This document shows positions 38,323-50,600 of a stretch of 64,000 nt of DNA, in pieces (within the stretch, counting starts at the first letter, position 1; each line of letters opens with the position of its first letter). The position numbers were made by a program, and so were the translations under genes. Origin of the DNA: Trichoplax adhaerens. Taxonomy: Eukaryota; Animalia; Placozoa. The notes below the pieces were generated by a model that was not told the DNA's origin, did not search any database, and saw nothing but the letters and a program-made list of their open reading frames with translations. The stretch spans positions 308,371-372,370 of the forward strand of contig NW_002060959.1 in the NCBI RefSeq assembly GCF_000150275.1, read 5' to 3'.

Positions 38323-39369
38323 GTAGTGTGCAAAATAATCGTCTTGCCTTGAACTCCAATTTGCATACTATATGCTGCGGAATAAACAGAGGTCAAGCAA
38401 TTACTTTTGCAAAATACAAAATGCAATAGCTCCAAGGGCGTGGTGTCGGTGTATCCGAAAATAATAATAACATGGAGTTATTAACATAGAATAATGTATG
38501 CAGAAAATTGACAAATAGATTGATAATTTATTTATGACTAGAGTTTGCAAACAGATCGCCATTGGGTCGACGTAACATTAGCCTTTAACGCATGATTGTC
38601 ATACGATTGTTCAGCTAGCGCTTAAAGGTATTCCAGCTACTACTCCTTGATTTCTTACCACACGTCGGTAACATTGCTCCTACCGAAAACTCGTTTATTT
38701 CTAGTTTCCAACTGTTAAACTTATCAATCGAACCGCTAATCTCCTTCTCTTTTGTTGCTGTAAGTACCCCCTGAACTAACTAAGAGCTCTCGATTGCTGC
38801 ACTTGCCAATAATCTTTCGTTAGTATCCATTTTGACTACCGTTATAATAGTAAGAATCAACATAAATCAATAAACGGTCATGTACGTCTTATAGTATAGT
38901 ACTGCATAGGTCATGACCTTACCTATTCACAAAGTAAAGCCAAGAATCGCAAACATTTTTCACTAGAAACACATTTCATTTTGGCCATTTTACTTTAGCT
39001 CGCAGGTTGGTAAAGTCATGATGGACTATCATATAAATCAAATTAGTTTAGAATACAGTGAATTTCCGGTGGTGAATAATACACACGCCGAAAATCTGTT
39101 AGTGCACGAGTGATAATAGGAGATGATCTTAATTTTTTAACCCTCAACAGCTGCATCAAATCGTACTACATTAGGATTTTTAGTAGTTCTAGAATCTAGA
39201 TACTGTGACAAAGAAACACATTATTCAATCTTGAGGCGTTTTTTTTTTTTCTGGTGTTGTAACTACTTGACTAGTTTAACAGTTTTATTAGACAAGCAGT
39301 AAAATTTGACCGATAACTTATAACGTAATCTTCCTATCTTTCCTAGGTGTTTCTTATTGACGCTCGAAG

Positions 39370-40978
39370 ATGGATACAAAATCTGTTTGCCCAATCAGTA
39401 CGTTTTCTACTGATCAAAGTGTTCAACATATGATTAAAAAGTTGAAGGTCTTGAATGCAGAGATAGCTTATGTGGATACAGGTAATATAAAAAGAACGAA
39501 ATAAAGATAGAATATGATAGAGCAAAATTAGTTACCTACAATGCTTTGCTTTTGTAGCTTGCACATCGGATACGTACGTATATGGCTACTAGGGTGTTCA
39601 ATTGTTGAAAGCCCCTTTATTTTTGATCTACATACCTATCCAAGTTCTTTAGAATGCAGTGTGTATTAAGAGAAATTATAGGAGCATTTAAAACATAACA
39701 ACTTTTTCTTTTTCACTCATACCCTGTCTGAGTCCTTGACCCATTAATAAAACATAAATGTTACAGAATACACGCAATGCTTTACGAGTATAAAGCCATA
39801 TTTTTAATCCATGCACATCGCCAAAACACAACTGTAGGAAGCTACTGTTCAGATTGTTACAAAGTATAAGTCAATGATTTAGAATTGCTAGACTTTTGCA
39901 CGACTTTTTTATTATTGCACAATACGAGTATTTATATATACGAGGTTATAGCCTGACCTAGTTTATATGTTGATATATTTTGCAAGATTTTGCTGTCCTA
40001 CACGAAAAGGAACTGACAGCTTAATTGTCCTTATTGTTTTAAAATCGTTTATCTACTGTAGATATAGCTGTATCTGCTAGTGTCTCATTAACGTGATCAG
40101 TCAATAAAGTAGCAGTTTAAACAGTGCGTAATGGAGCTGTGTTTTCTTAAACTATCATTATTACAGGTGCTGGTAATGGTTATCCAGTCTTGTTCTTTCA
40201 TGGCAACCCTACATCAAGTTATTTATGGCGTAATGTTATTCCACTGGTTAGTAAACAATTTCGATGCCTTGCCCCTGATCTTGTTGGTATGGGTAATTCA
40301 AGCAAAGTAACGACAGGCTATCGAGTCATTGACCACCATAGATACATTGATCAATGGATGGATCAAGTTTTACCCACTGGCAAGGTAAATATTGTCTGCC
40401 ATGATTGGGGTACAAACATTGCTTTCAACTGGTGCCGTAGACATCCTGAGCGAGTAAATTGCATTGTTCATATGGAAGGCATGGTTTTGGTTGGATCATG
40501 GAAGTTTGCCAAACCAGACTTTGCTAAAACCTTTAAAGCATTGAGAACGCCTGACATTGGCGAAAAAATGGTACTCGAAAAGAATATGTTTGTTGAACAG
40601 TTATTACCATCAAGTATTATGCGTAAATTAAGCGAAGAAGAAATGCAATGTTATCGACAACCATTTGTTACTCCCGGTGAAAGCCGTCAACCGATGTTGT
40701 CATTCCCTCGCGACATTCCTTTTGTAGAAGATGGTCCAGAAGATGTGGCTGAAATTGTCAACTCATATATCAAATGGCTTTCTGAGACACCAGTACCTAA
40801 ACTATGTATCCTTGCTGAGCCTGGCGTCTTCTCTCCTAATATCGAACGTGCTACAAAGTCGTGGAAAAATCAACAGTTTGCAACTGTTAAAGGCCTACAT
40901 TTTATGCAAGAAGATTCACCTACTGAAATTGCAGAGCTTGTCATTAATTTTTTATCATCGGAATCCTCTAAAATGTAG
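39370..40978 (+). CDS. Haloalkane dehalogenase / Renilla-luciferase-like alpha/beta hydrolase, copy 2 (exons 39370-39481 and 40167-40978)
   Basis: MDTKSVCPISTF...IAYVDTG|AG...FFHGNPTSSYLWRN, HDWG, HMEG, GLHFMQED; same intron position as copy 1; C-terminus SSKM. Confidence 0.93.
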
Positions 40979-42883
40979 ATTGATTGTTTCAGCCAAATGT
41001 TGAATAATTGCACGTTAACATAGTAGCTGCAGTATAGCAATTTCCACTCGTATCGTTGACAGGCAATCTGTATAGATGTAATGTAGCTAGACATTGTGTA
41101 TTTAGTAGTTTAATGTGTGTACGTATGCTCTCTATATGGCTATGCTTTTTATCGATGTTAGCCAAACTTTGTCTTTGGTTGGTTCTATAGTACAAATCTA
41201 ATTAATCCTGGATTAACATTGTGCCTGCTATGGTCACACGTACAAATTGTAGTATAGTTCCTATTGCTAATTGCTGATAGTGTAGAAATGTTACAATTAA
41301 ATTCGGATAAAACCCATATATAAATTACATGAGCTATTTGCAGCTGACAGACCCTGCTTTTCCAAGTAAAAAACTGTATGGCAATGAGATTGAAAATAAA
41401 CGCAATAATTGTAATCAATTCTACCCTTAATGAATACTAATCTTTAACAAGGATTTTATGACAAGATATTGCAACTATTTTAGCAGAAACTGCAGTAGGC
41501 GCTGACGTAATCAAAATTTAGCCACTAAATCCTTGTACTGTATTGAGCGTACCTTTCCATGTCGGACATATCAAATGTAGGAGAGTCCACGATAGTACTA
41601 CTACATTGCATGACGAGCTATATCTAGCTCAAGGAGAGAAAATTGAGTACAAAGTTATTCTACCAATACTAGTAATAAAGTTAAGTTCAATAGCCGATTA
41701 AAGGTGCATTATATTTACCAATCATCAACAAGCTCTAGATCGTACGCTACATGCATTCTTTCTACAAAGTCAATTCAAATAAAACTACTGACCATTTCAG
41801 ATTAAGGTAAAACTCGGAGTAAACGTTGAGTATGATCCTATTTGTATGGAAGAAGTAGTGGTAAGGTGTACAGTTCGCCTTCTTGACTACAATACCAAGT
41901 CTAATGATTGCATTTAATGGAATAGTCCATATCGAAGTACACCAGCCAATAATGTTTATTATTATTAGATAGTAAATTTCAGTTGCAAATTTATCTCATA
42001 CATACATATGCACATTCGAATATATCTGTTGGCAGTGTATGTACACAGTTAAAGTAAAAATATGTTTTGGCATTGTAGAGCACCAACATTAGTAGTTCAA
42101 TACACTATACAGTACAAATTTAGAAACGTACTATGCACTACTGATAGAAGTGCACGCTATAGGTACTTTATAGCTGTACTGGTGACTACCAAATGACGTT
42201 GCAGCAGGTCTATTCGGCTAATTATGAACATTTTCCGCGTTAAAATACTCATCAGACTCAATCTCGAAGACGACTATAACGATCTGGAATATTATTTAAA
42301 ATTTTACACAGAATTACAATAGAAGGAAAATAATATTGAAGAAGAATTACTAATTAAGATTAATAGCAAATGCCTTACTGTTGTACTACATACTGTAATT
42401 TTAAAGGCACATACATATTTTTTAATATCTACGGATTAGTTATAGTATATCAAGTCAACTAACTAAGCTTAAGTAATCAGTGTCGAAAAAAGCCAATGTC
42501 ATTTTAATCACAGTCCGATGTATATTTATAATGCTTTTATCATTATCGCTCCAACTAATACCAGACCCTTGTGGGTTTACATGTCCTTTAACCTTTAACT
42601 TATCAAAGATATGGACTGTATTCCCTATACAAATGTGATCTGATTACAGCTCTACTAACACATAGATAGATATAAATGTCCATGATGCATCAAGACTGTA
42701 CAAAATCAATACAATTTTAAGCTATAAATGAATATACGTATTCTATTGTTAAATACGTGCATACTTCAGCTGGAACATAAAATTTTGAGAGGCATAGTTT
42801 CTAATTAATACTTGCTTGCCAAACTCTGCAATAGCGGCTTAATTAAAAGAAATGATCCACTCTATCTCAAGTATAATTAAAAG

Positions 42884-45554
42884 TTATTCGTCAGTGTAAG
42901 GATTGATTGATTGTATAAAGGGAAATTGTTCTTTCATTTTCTGTCGCGAGAAGAGTCCTTTATAATAACCCTGCTTCTTGCCATGTGGTTTTCCTTTCCA
43001 GTTTACACTATACGGCATTACTGATGGTCGCCTCAATATCAAACCAAGGCCATTCGGGGTATATGCTTTAATTTTAATTTCATCACCTAGGCCAGCAGTA
43101 ATAGCAGCGAAACCTGCACTTGATAGGAGAATGTCTGCAGAACTGTACTTCCATCCATTATGGCACTTAAAAGTAAATTCTTTCCCTTGTAGTCTAGGAA
43201 ATGATTTACCTTGATATTGTTTGTTCATATTGTTGGGTATCTAGATATACAAGTATTAATTGAAGTATGAAATTGTATGTCATTGCAATTACATTGTAGG
43301 ATCGCAAGGCTTCATCAGAGTAGTAGAAATTAAAAATTGAATAATCACTCTTCTGAAGTACCTTCAGTAATGAATAACCGAAATGTTTATCATAAATGTC
43401 ATCTGCTTTCATCGTTTGACAAATATGTAAAGGTAGCTCACGGGAGGCAAAAAAGGTGAAATATACTCGGCTTGGGCCCTAATTGGAAGGATGTCAATGA
43501 AAATAATATACAACTTTATAATAATGCTTATCTAAATAAAATGCATTTTCAACATTGAGCAGTAAGGAAAGATATAAGCAATGACCAAGGCAAACCTCAA
43601 TGTAATCTATACGACCTAACCCAGCCAAAAAAATACTTTGTGACGGTTGTAAGCGTAAAGTTCGTGGAGTAATACCACCTAAAGGCAAGACTTTCGAAAG
43701 GTCTCTCGTATTTAACAAATCGGTGTACTGCATGATTTAAACAAGAAACACTAACATCATTCAGCGTAGATCAGTGTACAGCAATAACTACCGAAAAATT
43801 TTGCCAGATATATTAGCATAACAAACCATATTCTGACTCATAGCTCCAGGCGTATCATAAAAAAATGGTCCTCGTTCGTCGCCTTCATGATTCCAACCAG
43901 TCAAGACTCCATCATGGGAAGCTAACATAATATCATCACCTTCTACAGTACTAATATCGCTCAGCTTCGATTCTTCATCATGTTTACTGTCATCCAAATA
44001 CGGTGATTCGTAAATATACTGATTCTTTAAGCCTACAAAGTAAAATTTAATAAGATCATATTTATTAACATTAAGTTAGTGCCTGGCAGACTTTATAGCT
44101 TTTTCTATTGCATAAGTATACATCTATTCTTGTCTGCTTGCGTTCGTATGTGCATTACCTCTAATTCTTCTTGGGGCCCTTCTACCTAGATTGTTGATTT
44201 TCTTTCGAATAGGGTACCTTAACAACCCAATTGTGGTACCAGGCCAAACCGAAATAGTTGGATACCTCATCAACGTTTTGGGCTTTCCATCATACAAGTA
44301 ATCTAATAAAGATTTAAATAGGCTAGACTTGCCGACATTAGTACAGCCTAACAAAAAGATATCGCCATGAGGAGGTCTGTGCTGAAGGACTTTGTCAACA
44401 ACTTCTTTGATGCCTTGATTTTTTCTAGCACTATTAGAATGTTGACATGAAACAATTATTCCTGATAGAAGAGATGGCTGTCTGTATAAAAGACTCAACA
44501 GCTATAATAAGCAAACGTGTACAAGAAACTAATGAGTGTGTTTACCTGACTAGACAAATATCTACCAGGTTACCCTCAGTTAATCCAGCATTTTTGCAAC
44601 CTTCCCAGACCATAGTTTGAATGCGTTCTATATGTCCAGGGCCATCTTCTAAAAGGACATCCATCTTGTTTGCAATTAAAAGTATGGGTACTTTATACCC
44701 AATGATGTCTAATAGATTTGGAAAGATGCTACCAGGAAAATCAAAGATATCAACTACTAGCATGACAATACATTTATCCTTCGGAATCTTTTGTATATGA
44801 TTTCTCCAATCATCTTCAGGTGCATTCATATTTAGAGCCTGATTATAATGATTTAAGCAAAAGCATCGTTGACAAATAATAGACGATACTTGACTGGCAG
44901 GCACATCCACTAATTTACGCTGTAAAATATAGCCAAATTTATCTTCGTTTCGTGAGTGAAATATAGATCCACATCCAGGACATCGTTTACCGTGAAGATC
45001 GACCAATTTTTCTGCATGATTAGGAGAGGTTTTGGCCTCGCTACTCGCATAGCGAATGCTAGCAACACCTTGGTTGCACCATGTCGCAATTAAATGAACA
45101 GGCTTGAATACCTAAAATAGTCCCAATATATCCTGTATTCAATTCGATTTCAAATGGCAGTCAAACAAAGTGCAATCCATTGGATCGCTATTTCATTGAA
45201 TTTTTGAATGGATGGTATCAGGCTGATATGGAACACTGGTTATCCTATGCGTGATCTATGGAGGTATTGACTATTTAAGCTTGCAATGAAAAGCAACCTA
45301 TCCCGATCATCCTGTCAGGTCAGCTATTACCGTCATCAAGTACTTACATCAACGCTAAGGTTACGAAACGACGGGCCGCAAGCGAAAGTGGTAAACCGTG
45401 GAAAGACAGAAGATGTGTAGAGCCGGTGCAAGTTGGCTGCTGCCGGAGTCCAAGCTGTCTTCGTCCGATACCAATTGCTTGAAGATTGAGCCCATCTTCT
45501 CCATAGAGGGATGCTATACTCACTCCATGCATGCCCTATACGATTCCTTAACAT
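42884..45554 (-). CDS. NOA1: Nitric oxide-associated protein 1, mitochondrial circularly permuted GTPase (YqeH family), multi-exon
   Basis: Zn finger CPGCG...CQRC, G4 NKMD ahead of G1 GCTNVGKSS, G2 PGTT, G3 YDTPG, GLGRID, ADILLSSAGF; Arg-rich transit peptide. Confidence 0.93.
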
Positions 45555-46549
45555 GATCTGAGATATTGTTGAAGCAAATAGCAGTTGTTAATCCCGTTGG
45601 CTAGATACAGTTCAAGGCTACTACCAGCACATTTCCGCCATCTTTTGCAACTTTCTGCAGCTGATAGCTTTTTCCTTTAGCTCTACAGTATTCAGAATCT
45701 GTCCTTGATGGTACTGTATACTGTGCACTGTGACGTCACTGTAACGTCATTGGATCAGAGACGACATTACTACAGTGTACAGTGTACAGTACACGCTATG
45801 TGTGTGCTACTGTACTGTAACAAAGTACACTAGTCCCTGATTGGACAGCAACCTATCCAGCGCGGAACGGTACAATCGTACCGCGGTCCTCATCGGTCCG
45901 ATCAAGGTTGTTGGCCCATGGGAGCTAACTATGTCTCGCTTTTCAGTCGTAGTCTGCGGTTTATTTGCTACTATTTTTATTTGTAGGCACTGAACGGCCA
46001 TTTCAGATGCCTTGAGGATAAGTGACCATGGAGTAGCATGGACTACGAGAGGTGACTACTAAATGATAGGGACAAGAATCTCGAAATACTTGTAGAACAC
46101 TTCTATTCGTTACCATATCGTTAAAGCAATGGCTCCATTTTGTGCTTTGCTTAACTACACCATCTACTTATGTTGAAGATGGGTTGTTTTTACCCATTAG
46201 TACTATTCTATTGAAATCTATTCTATTCCACTATTGTAAGTTCTGCTTGGAAACAGTTCTATCAATTCATGAATGTTCTTCAAAGAGTAGAAATGATTGA
46301 AGAAAAATAGACATACAAGATCCATACTAACTACTGTAATGATCGAATTCTGCGACATTTTGACTTCATTTGGTATCAAAATAGTCCGTCTGTCTGAGTG
46401 TTTCCTATCACTGTCCAGTGTCGACTGTACAGTGTACAGTACTGTCTTATACAGTGTTGTACACTGTACAGCGTACAGTATACGGATACAGCGCTCGCTT
46501 AGCTAAACCAGTATTCTAAAATGACAAGTCTTCTGTCTGTCTGAGATTA

Positions 46550-47500
46550 TACAGTACTAATTCCATCGCTATGCTATACTGCAAACTGGATCGTGCAGTG
46601 ACATCAAGGTTTTGTATAGGCTTTTGCACTACTGTATAGACTGATATAAAATTTGTCCAAAAAAAAAAAAAAATTTAATCTATCTGTTTGCACCAAAATC
46701 ATAGAAATTAGCCCGTCCACATTGTACTGTACTGTACAGTGTACTGTACACTGTACACTGTACAGTTCTGTAAACTGGGATCATGGAGTGACATCAAGCT
46801 TTTGTATAGGCTATAGTACTATACGGCACTATCCAAGACTCTACGAGGAACTGATGTCACTTTTCACTCTTAAGAATAGCCTATACAAAGGGGCAATAGG
46901 GTGACATTTATTTTACTATACTGTACACTCAGTGTACAGTACTGTAAACTGGATCGTGGAGTGACATCAAGGTTTTGTACGTAATGGCTTTTGCACTACT
47001 GTACGGCACTATCCAAGACTCTAAGAGTAACTGATGTCACTTTTTACTCTTAAGAATAGCGTCTACAAATCGGCAATAGGGTGACATTTATTTTACTATA
47101 CAGTACTGCAAACTGGATCGTGGAGTGACATCAAGGTTTTGTACGTAATGGCTTTTGCACTACTGTACGGCACTATCCAAGACTCTAAGAGTAACTGATG
47201 TCACTTTTCACTCTTAAGAATAGCCTATACTAAGCAGCAATAGGGTGACATTTATTTTAGTATACCTTTATTTTACTATACAGTACTGTTAACTGGATAG
47301 TGGAGTGACATCAAGGTTTTGTATAGGCTTTTGCACTATTGTACGGCACTATGCAAGACTCTACGAGTAGCTGATGTCACTTTTCACTGGAAGAAGACAT
47401 AGTTCATAATCAGCAGTGTAGTAGACAAGTATATTTCTCGAGTAGCTCATAATGCCGTGTATAGCGCCTACAAAGCAGCAATAAGGTGACATTTATTTAT
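46550..47500. repeat. Tandem repeat, ~165-180-bp unit, ~5 copies, with internal inverted repeats
   Basis: AACTGGATCGTGGAGTGACATCAAGGTTTTGTA...CTGATGTCACTTTT...GGGTGACATTTATTTTA, with copies starting near 46584, 46773, 46947, 47111 and 47291. Confidence 0.9.
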
Positions 47501-47666
47501 TTTAGTCCAAGAGCTTCCCTTCAGGACCTTCCACTGTACAGTGTACAGTGTACAGTGTACAGTACATGGTGCACTGTACTGTACTGTAGACTCAAAACGT
47601 TCCTTTCACACGTAAACGTAATCGCAATTGAAAAGTTGAAAGTGCGCAAACGCGAATCCTGCAAAC

Positions 47667-50600
47667 ATGGCGGACAAAGATACTGATGCTAATCCTCTAT
47701 CATCTTTTTCTAATGATGGGAGTCATGCTGCTACCGTACCTTTCCTTCTTTGCCCTCCTACAGAAGATATAAGCTTAAGCCAACAGACTACGTCTCAAAG
47801 TGATCAAACACTTTCTTCTTATAGGAAAGAAGAAGCATCGACTAACTCCGATTTAGCGAATGCAAGCGTCGCAGGTTAGCACTGTTTGTCTTCAACATTC
47901 CTCTGTCGAATTGGCTTTGAATATTGAATTGATCTCACATATCCCATACACTACTGTGATGGTTGTATAGAATGACTATTCTACACTATTCTCAACATGC
48001 TATAAATTATGTCTCGTGAAAGACAAGATAGATACATCCAATGTTTCTAGTAGTCTATTCTTGAGCCTTCTCCCAATTCTACTCTGTATAGTCAGGACAG
48101 TCTTAAGAGTGCTCAGTTGGACCAATAAGGTAGTTTTCATATCGCAAGTAGATAGCACTGCAACGAAGCGAATGCTTCCAATAAATCCTGAATTCATCAC
48201 CAGAAATATCTCTTCAGTAACTGATCGTGTAGCATTGGCTATACAATTCATATCTGATCATTTTATCCAGTAATCCTACAACGACAGTATCGGCTTTCCG
48301 GTCATGTTCATGGCAGCACAAGAATAATTCTTCCTATTGAACTCTGACTGGAATATTGATACTTTACTTTCATTTCATGATTAGCCTATACTGAAAAAGT
48401 ACTGGTAGCTTGAATAGAATAGAATATACTGTATACGAATAGTAAGAGCATGTTAAGTAGTACCATGACCTTAATATCTTGCATGACAGTAGATCAATAT
48501 TTTAATACTTTTGCTGCCTAATGTGTATTTGAAATGAAAATGAGGAATGAAACAATTGAAGCGTATTTCATATACATGTATATTACCATCCTCGCAATCG
48601 TTGCTTTCTGATTTATATATAACTTGTAACTTCATTGTAGATATTCCTGTAGAAGCGTTTGTTGGACAAGACGATAGCTTTGGGCAGTCCAAAAAGGCCT
48701 ATTTACCATCTACAGAAGCTACATATTCCGGTGGTAACACAGGGCCACCTCCTCCTACTGCAAGTCTAAGCAATTTTAGGCAGGATCCAAACAAGCAACG
48801 ATATCAACAAGTTCCAACATACCAGCCTGGTAGCTCTCAATCAGCCCAGGTACCTTTATATAACATGGCTGGGCCGGTGCCGCCAGCAAATACGTCAGCT
48901 AATCCATCACAGCACTTACCTCAACAACAGACTACGCAAATTTTTCACCCTGAAACAAATACCAATGTTGATACTCGTTATGACTTCCCAGTCAATAATA
49001 GTAATGATCCCCTACAACAACAACAACAACAACAATATCAACAGGAATATGATTCTCACCAAACAGCTTCGATGCAAGCGATGCAGCAACAGCAGCAACA
49101 TTTCCCTTACGGTGGCGAACTACAACCTATGGTAGCGCACTGGTTCTACAAGCGAGAAGACGGCGCGTGGGTGCCCTTTACTAGGATCGATTCCGGTCGT
49201 ATTGAAGAGCACTATATAAATAATACTCAAGGTGTAGTTACGACAGATGGTGGAAGATTCGATGTCGATGTTAAACAACGTATAAGATACCCTATATACT
49301 GGAATGGTTCTAATGTAGAAGTTAGGCGTGGTACTTGGTTTTATAGAAGTGATCAAAATTCCTATTTAATTCCCTATGAAGAAACTGTCTCTGAGAAACT
49401 TGAAGTAATTATGAGCTATTGCTTACTTTGTTGATTATACAGCAGTTTTGAGCAACAATGAGATAAGTATCTGAGTACATGATTGCATTCCATCATTATA
49501 TTATTGATAGGCGTTATTTCATAACTGCATCAATGAAAACCGATGGCAGCAATCACTACCATTAGATGGAGGAGAGAGTGTTGTAATCCACAGTCCTACA
49601 GTTATGATCCATATGAGACCCAATAATGTATGGAATCAAGAGGAGTCGACTTTGAGGCCGCGTGCTGTGAAGAGGAGTGTTGCCGATATATACTATCAAC
49701 TGCCTGAAGGTTCGGGTTATGCTACTGATAAACCTATATGCTTATATTACACTTGTTTTAATAAGAACGGAAATTATATTATGCTACTGCTGTCCTTTCT
49801 AATCTCTTTCCCTAATATACCGTATTCTAGGTGAAAAGGATCAGATTGATCATTTAATTTTGGTCATTCATGGTATTGGTCAGTTTGCTGACTTTCAACT
49901 GCGTGATATAGTAGCTTGTGGTAAGTAGAACTATCATGATGCAATAATTGTTCTCTATTATGGCAGTATTTTAAATGCAATCAGAGCTTCTGTATGTGCC
50001 AATTTCTTGCATATTATTTACATACGAGATATTTCGTTTGCTTGTTTATACTGAAATGTGTATCTTATTTTGAATTGTACCATTTCTTACGAAATATAAC
50101 ATTTTAATAATAATACCAAATTACTTTTTATTCGTCATATAATCCTTTCAGTTGAAGATTTAAGAAATAATGGTATCAATCTGCAGCAAACACATGCGAG
50201 CTTTGAAAACAATCGTGCCGGGCGAGTTGAATTTCTACCAATTATATGGAGATATGCCTTACACGGAGACGATAATGGAGTCGATAGGTAGTTTATTTTC
50301 TTTGGATTGGTTTTTGCTAACTTAAAATTCTTAGCCTATTGACGAGAATCTAAAAATGTCTATACGATTAATTTAGCGCAATGAAAGATATCACCTTGCC
50401 AAGCATAACAAGGATGAGAAATTTTACGAATGAAAATTTGTTAGATATTCTGTTCTATACCAGTCCTGTTTACTGCCAAGCAATAGTAAATTATGTCACT
50501 CAAGAAATGAATAGAATATATAAATTGTTCAGGGAACGCAATCCTAATTTTGTTGGCCAGGTCTCTATTTCCGGCCATAGTCTCGGTATGTTAGAAGGCT

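Noticed and set aside
38520-38830. Coding-looking minus-strand stretch (MDTNERLLASAAIES...)
   Set aside because: Multiple stops and no family recognised.
34294-40978. Bacterial contamination as the source of the dehalogenase genes, or a firm bioluminescence call
   Set aside because: Both genes have spliceosomal introns and animal neighbours. Luciferase activity cannot be inferred from sequence, and HGNP favours dehalogenase activity.
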